A stretch of DNA of 64,000 bases from Moniliella sp. 'wahieum'. Lineage: Eukaryota. The notes beneath the pieces were generated by a model that searched no databases, was not told the origin of the DNA, and worked only from the letters and a program-made list of their open reading frames with translations. Location of the stretch: the NCBI GenBank assembly GCA_003971905.1, contig RSEE01000023.1:682001-746000 (forward strand), given 5' to 3'. Shown in pieces: positions 35,405 to 49,100 of this stretch. The position numbers and the translations under genes were made by a program. Position 1 is the first letter of the stretch. Each line of letters begins with the position of its first letter.

Positions 35405-36120
35405 GGGCTTGCGGCCTGGAGGACAGCGGGGAGGGTATAGCACACGTTGCCAGCAGCAGGCGGTAGAGGGACAGCTCGCGCGGGCTACTCTGAGCAGCAC
35501 TCGTTCTTGACTACATCTACTGTTGGCTTGCTTCCGTCCCACTGGGGCGGGGGGGAGGCGACTGCCCACCCCGCACCCGATCCATGCGAGGCGTACGCTC
35601 GGCGGGCTGATGATGCGCGTGTATGGTAGGATTATAGGTGTCCCGAGGGGGTTCCGGCGCTCCTGCAGCTCCCCCGCATCGACCCAGAGCCAGGCCGCTG
35701 GCAGGGGCAGGCTCAGGTGCCCCTGCCGGCGGCCTGTGGAGTGCGGTGTGGATGCGCATGCCGTTGCGGGGCGGGGGGTACATGCGTCGAGGGGAGGAGG
35801 ATCGTACCGAGTACCAGTACCAAGTCCAACGCCCCGCCTCCACGCCCGGGGCGCAGGCTACGGTGCATGTGTGCGTGGGAGCGAGGGGAGGGGAGAGTCT
35901 ATGGGCAGATGGGCTCGACGGCAACGGGTGGGGTGGGCGCGTCCAGTAAGGAACTGGTGGTATACGCACGCACTAGCAGCAGAGGCAGCCGTTGGGGGCT
36001 GTGGCTTGCTTCCTGGGTTGATTGTTTTCCACCAGCAGCCCGTGCGGTGCGCACCCCGACACGCCACGCCACACCATCCCATCACCGCCGGCATCTGCGC
36101 CCTTGCGCCCTGCGGATCGT

Positions 36121-39100
36121 TTAGAGGATGCCCTGGGAGTAGTATGGAACTGGTCGTAGAGCCGGGTAATGCAGAGCCGGCCGAGTTGAGGATGAGGCGA
36201 TCGACAATTCGTCGCTCTGCTCGGCGCTGAGCGCGAGCTGGAAGCGCTGCCGCAGCTGGTTGGCCGCCTCCTCGCCGAGCGCAAAGCAAGGCAGCCGCGA
36301 ATCGCGCGCCATCAGCTCACAATCATGATGATCCGCTCTGCCTCCTTGCGCACGTCCCGGAACGCCTGCCGCATCAACTGTCGGAACTGATCAAACTTGC
36401 TGCTCTCCATGCCGCCCAGCAGATCAATGTACTCCTGCGGCATCTTGAATGGCGCCGCCTCGAACCCCACACCAGGCGAGATGCCGAGCATAAAGCCAAA
36501 GTCAATGTCTGTCACATACAATCCCTGTCAGTTTCCTCTTCCTCCTTCCTCCATTCCCCCCCCCCCCCTCCCACCACCACTCGGACGGAGAGCAAGGACG
36601 TACGGATCAAGTGGCCCTCGTGGTCGACGAGGATGTTGCCATTGTGGCGGTCCTTGATCTGCAGGAGATAGCAGATGATCGAGTAGGCCGCCAGCGACCG
36701 CATAAACGCATCCTGGGCGCGTTTGAACTTGCCCGACGAAGGCGGGCCATAGACCTGGGTGTAGTGGTCCCAGAGCGAGTAGGTGCGGATCGGCTCGGAG
36801 CCAGCGCCTTCCGAGGCGTGCGAGTAGGCCTCCTTTTTGATCGAGTGCACCGACACGGCATCGGTGATGGTCTCCATCACCCCCGACGACTCGGAAGTGA
36901 CGAGGATGTTAAAGTAGCGCACCCACACCCCGGATCCCTCGGCGTGCCAGATCGATCAAACTCGCCAATGAGCTGGGTGGCCAGCTGCTCCTGCCGCAGG
37001 TCCGCGCCGGTTTTGATAATGACGCTGATCACGTCCCAGTGCGCATGCGCGCCATACGGCGACGCGGCGCGCAACCGCTCCCGCTTGGCGGCCCACGACT
37101 CGCGGAAGATGGCGCAGAGGGATCATCTTTGTTCACCACCGCACGGATCGTGTCCGCATCCTCTTCGCCCCCCGCTGCCTCGTCGGTACCCGCGAACGCG
37201 TTCCGCTTGGCCTTGGCTTTGGCCTTGGCCTTGTGCGAGCACACGGGCCCACGCAACCGCGCCATTCGCTCCTCCTCCAACGAGATCATCTCCGCCATGA
37301 TGCGTGCCCGAATCGCTTCTGCGTCCGCAGGGATGGTGCGTGCCGCACTCGAGCTGCTCACCACCGCCCCACCGCCCGCAGCACTCACTCCGCCATTCAT
37401 TGCGCTGGGCGGAACCGATGTGCGGCGGCGGTACTGTTTGTGCCCACGAGGGCAAGAGCTTGCTCACCACCCCTGCCGTTCCCTGCCCCGGTTCGGAGGA
37501 CGCAGGCGCGGCGCAGGCGCAGACGCAGACGCACCAACGCCTACTAGCGACGCAGCCCCGCTCGCGGCGGCACCCAAGGGCGCCGTGATGACCCAGCCCT
37601 TGCGCGCGCGGTTCTGGTTGAGCTGGGCAAGCATGATGGCCGCGGTGCGCATGCGCTCCGAGTAATCTGCCAGGCTAAACTCGCGTTCCTCCTTGCCGTC
37701 GCTCGAGTGAACATGAGACCCGCGCGAGCCGCGCCAGACCATCGTGTCGTGGACCGGTTGCGCGACGAGCCCGAGGCAAAGGGGCCCGGTTCAAGGCCAT
37801 CCGGCTCGGATTCCGACGAATCGGGATCTTCTTGCCCGCCAAACCGTTCGAGGTGCGAGCCATACGCCTGTTCCGTCATATCCACCCCTTCGGCCTCGGG
37901 GGATCGTCGTCAACAGAAGCTCTGCACCACCTGCATCGTCCACGCTCACCTCGGACACCATGCTTTCGTCGGCCCAGTCACCAGCCTGTGCCTCGGCTTC
38001 GCTGGGCCGTCGGGAGAATGGGCCAAGGCCAGGGAAGAGGAAAGGGAAGGATGGTCCGTGTGCGCCTTTTGCCCCAGAGGTGGCCGGGCTCCATGCGAAC
38101 CAGGCGCGCTCTGACTCAAGGACCGCTTGAGCCCATCCGAAGGCGGCGGACTCAGTGCCGGGCCTGACGTGTGGGCGTCACGGTGGGTGCGGCACGGGTC
38201 CAAGAGGGGTGAGGAGACATCGAGACGGGTGTGCGAAGCTGCTGAGCGGGTTCGACAGCGTCCGGGCCGCGCCATTGCGTCGGGGGACAAGGTGGCTGCC
38301 GAGCCGCCGGGGGCAGGGGGGAGCCTGATTGCGCGCGCGGCACGGGAGTGGGCTTCTTTGGTCAACAGCCGCCGCATTGTGTCCCGGTTGGCGCGGCGGT
38401 CCGGGTCAAAGTCGAGGTCATTGCGCAGGACCTCAATCTGCAGCACATACGGTGCGCGGTCCGCCGAGTTGAGCACCACCGCCTCGGACGGATTGATTCG
38501 GACTATGCGGTGGTGGCGCGCTTGCTTGCCCGGCACAGACGTCCCATCCCCATGTGCGTCGTGGTGCTTGTGCCGGCCCATCACGTCCGACGTGGCGGCA
38601 CACCAAGCGGGAGACAGCTTCAAGGGGGAGCATGTGGTTCAGTTCTGTCAGCTCTGCCCGCAACGCCGATACACGTGCCGGTTTCGGAAGCAGTAACAGC
38701 CGTCCCGAAATCGATCGAGCCGGGCCAGAAAGTCGGTTTGGGTGCGGGCATAGTGCGAGCGGAGGAGCGCAACCCGCTCCTCGTACGGCACGTCGCTACC
38801 AAGCGCAGGCGCAGGCGCGTGCGCTTCGCTCGGTATCGAAGCGGCACTGAGCCTTTGCCCACGTAGGCGGAACAGGTTTCCTGACGAACTGCTCGGTGCT
38901 TGTCGCGCCAGATTGGGCACACTGGCCCCCCTTGCCAAGTTGGGCGTGGACTGGCTCGGTGCACCTCGAGCGAGATGGCCAAGATTGAAGCTGGTGGGAG
39001 GAGGGCCCGGGTGGGGCGAAGAATAAATCATCGATCGCGCTGCCTGGTGTGAACCGTACGCTGCACCAGGGATCGATCCGGGGTCTTTGGTGGCTCCATC

Positions 39101-40578
39101 ACCGTCCCGGGGGGAGGTTGAATCAGTTGGGTAAAGGCCAGGCTGGGTCGTGCTCGCTGCACGGGCCCACAAGGTGGGAGGCGTATTGCCAAACCCTTCG
39201 GGACCGAGGAGGCATAGGTGTACCCGTAGGGGCCTTGCGTGGGAGCTGCAAGGCGATTGCCAGCTTGGTGCACCATGGGCGAAGGAGAGCCAGATACGAG
39301 CTGCGGCGAGGGCGGGAGTGGTGGGGGTGGCGCAAGCGTTTGTTGCGTTTGGGTTCGCTACTCGACCAGGCGCAAGCATCCCGGGGGGAGGTACGATTTG
39401 GACTTGGGACATACCAGCGGCCAGCATGCCCGCTGCGCGGTCCTTGAGCTCAGCCAGCTTCTCAGACGTGCTGTTGGACCAAAGAGATGCCCCCCACGAC
39501 CCCCACGAGGACGAAGCGAACGTTTGGGTCCAGCCAGCGCCACCGGCTTCCTCACGTCCAAGAAACGGGGCCGAGTGGGCGCGTTGGTGCGGCGCGCCGT
39601 CTGGCAGAGCAAGATTCGTCGCGTCATTCGGGGACAGGGAGGATGGCGATTCAACGCGGGGGAACAAAGACGACTCTTCCCTCCTAGCGGGTGGAGAGGC
39701 CAAAGGAAGATTTGGCTGCGCCTGGTGGGCGTCTGTGCCGTGTTCCGGGTCCGAAGTCGCGCCCAGGCTAAAGGAAGTGGGGCTCTTGGAGGGTAGTGGA
39801 GGTGGCACTTGCTGTTCCTCCGTGTCCGAAGCACTGCTGGAGCTGAGAAAGACGCGTCGTCGCCCTCATCGTCACTCGGTTCCTCGTCCGCAGCGCGGCG
39901 GAGCAGCCGTCAAACTCATCCGGCGCGGGCTTGCAGCCTTCAAGAATGGTCATTGGACCGGCTGCGGTCATGATGGCCGGTTGCCCAGGCGTCGAGGCAG
40001 CCATGGACGCCATTCCGACCAGAGTGGTCAGAGCATGGGCCGGGTGGACGCGCACGGCCTTGCCTCTGCAGGGCTAGCGCGGGCGGCGGCGGCGAAAGGG
40101 AGCGGCCCAGGCGGCCCAGGGCGACATGGGCCCGTCCTGGGTGGGCGGGATGGCGGTGGAGACGTCATCGCTGGCATGGGGGACAGAGGGCGGCGGCGCC
40201 TGGGCATCAAAGAGGAGGCGCTGGCAGTGGTTGATCACGCGGCGGCTCACCAGCAGCGCGGGCGAGGAGGGATCGCCGGACCAGTCGGCGCGGGCGGCCT
40301 GGAAGAACCAGAGGGTAATGAGCGCGGTATGCACCGAGTCGCCGCAGCGCGCGAGGATGAAGTGCTCGAGCGCGGCCGAGGGCCCGTCGGGGCGGCTGAT
40401 GAGCAGGTGGCAGAGCTGGGGCCAGTAGACGCGCACCTGGTCCCAGGGGAAGGCGCGTTCGAGGGCGCGGACGAGGTAGTGGGTGATGCCGACGCTGTCC
40501 CAGTACGTCTTGAGGTAGGTGATGGCGAGGGGGGCGTGAAGTGACGAGTGGAGAGAGCCGGAGCAGCAGCTCGGCCAT
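36121..40578 (-). CDS. PIK1: Phosphatidylinositol 4-kinase type III beta (Pik1)
   Basis: N-terminus MAELLLRL..GITHYL..YWPQLCHLL, then IVRINPSEAVVLNSADRAPY, SVIIKTGADLRQEQLATQLI, SLAAYSIICYLLQIKDRHNGNIL and IDFGFML..SPG.VGFEAAPFK. Ends YYSQGIL. Confidence 0.94.
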
Positions 40579-41583
40579 CCTGGGCGGCGCAGAGGAGGTG
40601 GTGGGCGGAGCGAGCAGGTGCGCGTGGCTGGCCAGCGCACGCCGTGTGAGCAGGGCGATGCGTGACGGGCTGCCACGCCACACACTGGCCCTGCGCCGCC
40701 GCGGCCAACCCTAGTGCGGGCGGCGCGGAATGTGCGGGGTGCGGCGCACGGGGGGGAGTAACTAGTAACCACGGCCATATGGCAGCAACCACGAGCGGGT
40801 TTGTATACTAGCTCTTTTTCCTCCCCACGAGGTGCCCTGTAATGGATCACTCCAACCGGCATTGTTCCGTTGGTCCGACGCCCTACTGGTTAAAGAGGCG
40901 CCAGTGGGGTGTACCAAATTCTACGAGAACTGCCAAGGGGGAGGGGGGTTCGTCTTCGGTTCATGACCTGGTGCCACAGCAGTATGTACGCACCCGAGAA
41001 GAACGGAGAAGAAGTCATATGATCATCATCGCCTACCAGTTCGCCATGTTGGACCTAAGCAATACTTCCATCCAACGCAATGACGTCGGCGATGTAGCAA
41101 CCCCGGGTATGCACTCCATGGTTCAGATACAGCTAATTCTGTTTTCTGCGCCTCTGTGTCCCCTCTCTCGCACCCCTGTCGTCAGACCCCATATACTACC
41201 ACAAAAAGTACGCCCTGGCATATATTTTGAGGATCCCTTTTCTCCCCTCCGCCTCCCCCACATCTCACAAGAACGTGCCCATGGCACCTAGGCGGCCTGG
41301 GGAAGGCATCTGCGGGTAATAGCAGGCTCTCGCAACAAGGTGTTCGGGTGTGGAGCTGTATTTAGGTGGCTCAGAAAGGATGCGTGCTAGTGAAACGTTC
41401 AGTGTTGGTTAGCTTTGACTGGCGTGGCCGCGGGCGGCGGAATGCGCGTCCACAATAGGCCAGGTGGGTAGCGAGCAGTTCCGCCCCCCGCCTCCTCGCC
41501 TCCCCGCCCACCTAGCGGGGTGCGTCCATTCCATCGCCGCCACGGGCCGCGTCGCGTTTCTCTTGCCAGCCAGCTTGCCCACC

Positions 41584-43247
41584 ATGCCTCGCGCCCTCCG
41601 ACACACCGCAGCCTCAAGCGTTCGCCCAGCCCCTTCGATGACATCGACGCTCCCTCCCCCACCGCCCGTAGGCCCATCCCACCCTACGACGCCAGCGGCG
41701 ACGAGAGCCAGGCGACCCAGCGCCTTCCTCCCCCCCCGGTGGGCCAGACGCCGCGCCTTCCTCGGTTGCCGACGATGCGTCCGATATGGAGGAGAGCGGA
41801 CGCCGTGGCTCTTATCATGAGCCTCCCCCCGACGAGCCATCTGTCCAGTGTCTCTGGCACAACTGCGGCCGAAGATACACCGAACTCCACGGGCTCATTG
41901 ACCATCTGCACCAAGGTTCGTCATCTCGGTTCTCTTCGCTTCCTTACTCTGCCGTGCCCTACTGACGCATCGTCTCTTCAGATCACATTGGCACCCACAA
42001 AAAACGCTACAGTTGCGAGTGGGTGGGCTGCTCGCGCAAGTCTCGCACTCAAACCTCTAGGTTTGCCCTGCTGAGCCACTTGCGCAGTCATACGGGAGAG
42101 AAACCCTTTACGTGCCCCCTGGTAGATTGCGACAAGTCCTTACCGTTCCGATGCGCTCGCCAAGCATATGCGTTCCCAGCACCAGATGGTTCCCATTCCC
42201 ACACGCCGCGCCAAACCTCGTCGCTCCCTCCGCAAACCCGACGAGCAAGGTCAGACAGTGAAGATGAAGCGGTGGAGATGGTGACGCTCTCCGACTATGA
42301 ACCAATTGACAAGCCGCCAGTCGTCATCCACCCCGGTGCTCGTGGACGCCAATTTAACGATGAGGCGTTGGGAATTACGCGGGAGCCGTTGGGCTCGGAG
42401 AGTGAGGAGTATGAGATCCGTCAAGTTCGCATCAAAGCTGCCAAGCTAATGCGGGACCAGCATGGGGTGGGAACGGGGACGATCCCAGATGGAGAAGGCC
42501 CTGGTCACACTGCTCCTGCAGGCCAGTCAGGGCAATTGGCTAGCTCCTCCTCTAGCCCGTTCAGCACCGACGTGTCCGCGGACGAGGATGAGACGGAGGA
42601 GGAGCCGATGAATGTGGGCTCGCCCCCACTTCGACGACCCAATCCGTTGGATCTGATCAACAACACTGCTGGCGGTCCCACGGGAGAGAGTAAGAATGGC
42701 AGGCATGAGGCAGATAGGAAACCTGCCCGGCCCATGCCCCCAAAGCGGACCAAGAAGGATTACAAGAAGCGCTATCTATCTCCAAGGCCAAATTCCAGTT
42801 CCTTCACGCAGAGCACCAGGAGCTGGTGCGGGAGTTGGACCAACTTCGTCAGGACTACGAGGCGATGCAAGAGTACAAGTCAGACGAACTCAACTCCGCT
42901 CTCGCCCTGGAACTTGGGTGCGTTCGCCCCACCCCCCTTTCTCTCTTCCCCCCCTGCGTTCCTGCCTCGGAATACTGACCGCATACCTGCTATATCCAGC
43001 GAAGATGTTGAGGCCAATTTTCCCCCCCGGGCACCCCCCACCCATGCAGTCCTACACCGAGCTCGTGGAGCCCCGCCGAGGGATACTGAGCACGACCCGC
43101 CAGTTCTTGGGGCTCGGAACGAGGAATCCCCTTTCCATGAGGTCCACCCTCCGCCCCCCTGGAATATGTATCTCCGCCAAAACAGGTCCCCATCCACATT
43201 CCATGCTGGGAGACACTTGGATCGATGACTGGCATAGCAAGGGATAG
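41584..43247 (+). CDS. C2H2 zinc-finger protein, similar to the INO80-complex subunit Iec1; ends approximate
   Basis: HIGTHKKRYSCEWVGCSRKSRTQTSRFALLSHLRSHTGEKPFTCPLVDCDKS..RSDALAKHMRSQH matches the Iec1-type finger array as I recall it. Confidence 0.75.
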
Positions 43248-43551
43248 GTAGAAGTCAATGCAGCACCGAATAAACAACTATGCACGTCCGCGGCGGAAAT
43301 GCAGTTCCGCCTACCTTTAAGACGAAGGACGACAGAGAGGCACTTTAATCATTGATACCGGCCGCGCCACCACCCCGCCTCTGATGCTGGTCCGACGGCG
43401 ATCCCCATGGTCCGCAGCGTTCGCCGGGACACGGCGTCCATGGGCGCCTGCGACCCGCGTTATTTTCTCTGCCCCTTCTCTTCTGTTCCACCATCTCGCC
43501 CCCGCCACCCGATACCGACGTTCTTGCCCCCGCCAGACGCCAGGCGGGCCT

Positions 43552-45848
43552 ATGCATCCTGTCTGCTCACCCGCCGGAGCTACCCCATCTCCCCCCGTGC
43601 CGGCCCAGACCCCCGTTGATGTATCGATTTGGTGGGATGTGGAGGTGCGTTTTTGATTCGCTATGGATAGCCCTAAGCTGACAGAAGGTTGCCTCAGTCG
43701 TGCCCACCGCCTACGACGATCAGCTTTGCGGAGGCGCTCTGTGCGCTCTACAATGTAGCCATTGCCCTGGCGCCTTGGACAGTGGCATGGACTCGGTCGA
43801 ATCTCCCATTCGGTCTGCCGTCGACGGCGAGCTCCTTGTTTCGTGCCTACGGAGACTGGACCACTCGCTCCTCTCATCTTCTCCAGGAGCTCGAGTCGGC
43901 ACCGGTTACCTTGCTCGAGGCCCCGTACGAAGGATGATGCAGAAACTCACATCCGATATCCGCCTCATTACCGATGTCGTGGCATTTGCCGTTGCACACA
44001 ACGCTCGATTTGCTGGACAAACGGGATACCGCACGCGCCGCTCCAGCCGCAAGCTGAGGATCGTCTTGGCTCTGGGAACCGGGACTACCAATACACCATC
44101 CAGCAGCTCCAGCAATTGGGGCACGAAGTTGTCTTGATCATGCCTCGCCCATCCGTTCCCAATCCCGAGTCCCCGATGCTCAATATGTTTTCCACTAACA
44201 CCAAGGCGCAGGGGGGGCAACTTGATTGGCACACGGATGTGTTACGTCCGCCATGGACCACCACCCCCATCACCGGTCTTGATCATCCTGTCGATATGCC
44301 GCTCTGGGCCCTTTCCTCCAACGACCCGCCACGATTGGCCGATCTGCTGTGCACCCTGCGTCAAATAAGAAGACGGGAGGTGTTGCGCGCGCGTTTCTTC
44401 CCCGTTGGAGCGTTGCTGCACCAGTCTCATTCGGGCAAATGGTTGAGTGAGCGCGAGCTTATCCTCATGGTCGACCTGGACGCATCAGTTATGGGCACAG
44501 ACAATTGGGGCCACTACCTTGATGGTGCAAAAGGCAGGTCTTGTGTTGGCGCGTGTGCCGCAGGACAAAGAGCGGAAGGCGGCCAAGCTAGATGGCGCAC
44601 TCTTGCATCCCAAGTGGTACAAGACGTTGATTGACTTGGAACTTCGCTCGTTTCCCTCTGTCCAAGCCGCTGCGTGGCAAAAGCCAGGGAGATGTGCCTT
44701 GGACCGATCAACAGTCCCACTTGGCCATCTGGACCGACGATCCAGTGAGTGTCTTTGGTCCTTTGGTGGAGACGCTCCTCGATCCTCAATTCGCTCGCAA
44801 CATGCCCACCCTCGAACAAGTACGGGAGAGGCTGACACCCAATTTACTACCGCTGCTGCCCATGTTGCTGGAGATGTGGGAGCGTACCTCGAACTGGCGG
44901 CCCAAGGAGGGCTTTGGCATCCGACGAGTGGTCCCAGGGCAGAATCAAATTGGCAAAAGACTGGTGGGACACGCTGTACTGTCTTGCGCTTGCGTCCTTG
45001 TTACGGCCACGTCTTGATGACACTGCACCTCTCATCAGCACAGGCGGATCAACGATCGTCACTGTCGACTTGGCTACCCCATTTATCGATGCTGTCACTC
45101 GCTTTCACCAACTTGGGACTTGGAAACCTAGCCAAGAGCAACTGCGTCACCACATTGCCCAAAATGATCCTTCCATCTATCGTCGTGCCGGTGTTGGTGG
45201 ATGGGATGACTACATTCGGATGTTACAGGTACGTTGGGACTTGGCCTGCCCACTCGTGCCAGATGAACTTGTGTGTGAGACTGACCGCTCATACCGGTGT
45301 GTCAGAATGCAAATCTCGTGTTTGACGATGGAATGGGGGCGTTTCCCTGGAAAACTTTTGGTACCTCACCTTGATCAAGTTGGAGTTGACAGCGATGGCT
45401 CTTTGAGAGGCGCCTTGGCCGCAGAGGCGGACAAAGCCCAACAGCCGCTGGCCTGGTCGCCACGGCAACATTGGTGGTGGACCAGACGGATCGACCACTG
45501 GATGCGTTTGTGCCTTTCATGGGAACATTCTGCATGCTCGACGGGCGGCCGCTGGCTGCCGTTCACCCAGGAGGGAATGCGGAGCTTGCTTTCTCCCAAG
45601 GCATACCGGCTGGCACAGCTGGAACAAGGCGACTCGGCGGGCTATCTGGCTTTGGCCGAGGTACGTGTCTCTCTAGGCAGGCAGAGCACAGGGCGCGACA
45701 GCGACGACTGACGCTTGCTTTGGATGGACAGAACGCCGGGATCCTCAGCCACGACCAGACGGGGCACCTATTTCTGAACCCCAAATGGTGGACGGCGCTC
45801 TACCGCGTCCATCTCGCCTATCTGTCGCGAGTTCATGGGCTCAGCTAA
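43552..45848 (+). CDS. NYN (PIN-like, LabA/DUF88/MARF1-type) domain protein 1 with about 4 C-terminal helical repeats
   Basis: NYN motifs VSIWWDVE|SCPPP (spliced), FRAYGDW, KLTSDIRLITD and IVLALGNRDY..LQQLGHEVVLI. Repeats such as FGPLVETLL.. and DPSIYRRAGVGGWDDYI. Confidence 0.72.
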
Positions 45849-46175
45849 GGCGGCGGCGATGGGCGAGGGATTGCGGCGCAGCGCGATCGGTTGGGGAGAG
45901 GCGGCTGTCGCGCTCTGTGGCGGGCAGGCAGAGGGGTGGTAGTCGAGAGACGCCGCTGCTCCTTCCATTCGATCCATACCATACCATGCAGACTTGAACT
46001 TTCATTCGCGCCACCACGGCCGGAGCAAACTACCTTAGCCATCAGTCATCAGCTCAGTGAGTAGCAAACAGACCAGCGCAGCCAGTAAAGTAAACGTTCC
46101 GACCGCCGGCTGGGGCGCCTCTCCACCGCCATCCTTCTTCTCGGCCCCCGCCTCTGCGACTCCGGTGGCCCCTCC

Positions 46176-49100
46176 ATGACCATCCTGGTGCGCAGCGCCC
46201 GTCTGGGTGTCTCTCGCGCTGCCGCCACCCGCCTGCGTCTCCCGCCCCGCCCGCGGCGGCCGGGCGTCGGGCACACGCGCTCGCCGTCCGCCCCGCCCGC
46301 CTCCGCCCGTCCCGACGCCGTCGGCTCGGCTGCCCCCCTCATCCGTGCCCGTCGCGTCCGAGGCGATCGACCCGCCCGTGTGCATCCTGTGGGACTTTGA
46401 AAACTGCCGCATCCCTTCGGAATATTCCGCCCCTCACGCCATCGCCGCGCTTCTCACCACCGTCCGCCTGGCCACCTTGCCTCACAATGCCCAGCACGGC
46501 GGCCAGCTGGTCCGTTTCCAGGTGTATGCCGACTGGAGCCTCGTGCCCAGCCACACGACCAGGGAGCTTTCCCGCGCCGCGCCACGCTCGTCCACACGCC
46601 CCATGTGCCCGGCCTGTCCAACACGGCCGATTGGCGCTCATCACCGATGCGCTGGCCCGAGCCAACCTGCTGGGCCGCTCGCAGCCCATGCGCATCTTTT
46701 GTCTCCTCGGCGACCGACTACGGGCCGATGCTGCGCATGCTGCGCAATTGGCACCACGAAGTCGTCCTCGTCAATCCCCATCCCACCATGGGCAAGCTGC
46801 CCCCTCCCTCACCGAGTCTGCCGATGCCATTCTTAGCTGGCGCCACGACGTTCTCGACACCCACGTTAACTACACCCCTGCTTGGCGAGAAGCAGCTACG
46901 CTGCCCCTCTCTTCTCGGCAAAAGGCGTCCGTCGCTCACCTGCGCTCCCCTGCTCGCGCTTTCTCCCCCTTGGTAGACACGCTGCTCTCGTTTCAACTCA
47001 ACGGCGTCGTGGCGCCGACCAAAGCACAGTTCCACAACGAGCTTCTTCGTGTCTTTCCCGACGCGTATTCCCGCGCCGGTGTGCCACTGCCGATGACTAC
47101 GTTGAGCTAGCCGTCGAGGCCCAAGTGCTGTGGCCTCCCAGTGCAGAAATGGACACGGTTCGACTCGATCGGCGCTACTTTGTCCATTTGGTCAAGCTTC
47201 ACCTTGCGGCGTTCCCCTTTCCTGCGCCGCTGCGGCCGATATGGTAGACCCAAGCTTGCGGGGGAAGTATCGACTGAAGGGAACGTTCTTGCCAGGCCGT
47301 CAGTAGGAGGACCTGTGATCCCACTGCGACGGGAACAGCGGTATGCGCTCCGCGCCTGTCTCTTTCTCCCCTCGCCACGTACTTGCCCCTGATTGAAACA
47401 CTGCTCTACTCTCGCCGTCTGTCGGGTCGCGCAAGCGGGGTGAAACGAAGTTGGTGAGCTCCTCACGGCCGAGTTTGGCGTCGATGCGTTTGGCAAGCTC
47501 GGCTTGTCTGATTGGTCCACCTACCTCCAATCTGCCATGGATGCCGGTCTGGTCCGTCTAATCAACCAACGTGGCACGGAGAGCGTCAGCTCACCCTCGA
47601 TTGGTTTTCTACCTTGGTCCACTTAGAGGCAATCACCTTGCCGTCCTCGGACTCCCTCCCTCGCCCTCTGCCGCAACAATCGCAACCCTCACCTCCATCT
47701 TCCTCATCCACTTCCACTCCCACTCCTCTTCCTCTTCGCAGTCAAGCCTTCACGCCTGCCCCGCCGCTCTATCATTTCATCCCCCCAGTCCACACCCGCA
47801 TCCACATCCACATCCTCACAGCAAAGGCGTCGTTGGAGACGCTCTATTCCCTTCCGGTTGCCAGCCTTCCCTCAGACTCCATCCCTCCATTTGCTGAGTT
47901 GGTCGTATTCATGCGAGCGTTGAGTCTTTGGCTCTTCGTCCCGATATGACGTACCTCATCTCGTCTGGTCTCCTGGTCAAGGCCGAAGCGTGGGAGGAAG
48001 GCGCACATTTGATCAAAACCAGATGGCCAAAAGCGCATGGTACGTCCTTCTCTGTTCGACAAAAAACAAGACCCGTACTAACGCAGTTGTGTTGCAGGAA
48101 TTGGGACTGGTAACCATGTCTTCTGACGACCTGACCACTTGACCCCACCCCGAGATTCTACATCTCCTTGTACCGCATCATGGAGCTTCAGTCGCCTTCC
48201 CCCCAAATTACTGCTGATTGGTTGCAGCGCCAGTGGCAGGACAGACGGGCATGGCGACTTGTACAATTGGTTTATGCACAGTCGCAAATTTCTCGGCGAA
48301 TGGTCTCCATTGTACGCGTTTGTTCCCCTGCTCGACACGCTCTTTGGCCATGACGTTCCGGCCAAGGAGAGTTGACATTGGTGGCGCTCAAGCAGGCTGT
48401 CCTCAGTCATGCCCCCGAGATCCTCTCAGATGCCCACATTGAAAGTTGGGACGAGTACATGGCAATCGCCAAATCAGCCGGGATTGTGGATCTAGACTCC
48501 ACTGGCCTGCTGCCCACTGTGTCTTTGACAGCAGGATGGATGGCAGCTCTTTTCCACCTGGAACTGCTCCATCGCCATACCATCTACCGCCTCCCCGCCC
48601 ATCTTGCCCGACCTCCTACCCCTGCCCCTGCCCCTGCCCCGGCCTCCCTTCCCAGCCGGCGCCAGTCCCACAACTACCGCGAAAGGAAAAAGCAAAGCAC
48701 ATGCCCGCCCACCTAGTTATGCTCGACACCACCAGTGCACCCATGGGGGGCGGCAAAGCTACCGCCGCCTCGTCCCAGTCCCGTAGGAAACGATTCTTGC
48801 CTCGGATCACGCCCTCTCAGGAGCAAGCCGCTCATCTGACCCCATCCCCGTCGAAGCGTTTGGTCCGTTGGCCAACATCCTGCTTCAGATGCAATTCCAC
48901 CGCCTGCCTACGCCTTCCACCGCCGAACTGGAAGCAACGGTGCTAGCGACCATGCCGGATACCTTGGATGCTGCGGGGTTGATGGATGGGCCTCCTACCT
49001 ATCGCTTGCCGAAGCAACGGGGATTGTGCAGGTATCGACGTCTCGCGACGGAAGCGAACACGTTGCGCTCGAACCTGACTTTTACGCCCGCCTAGCCGAG

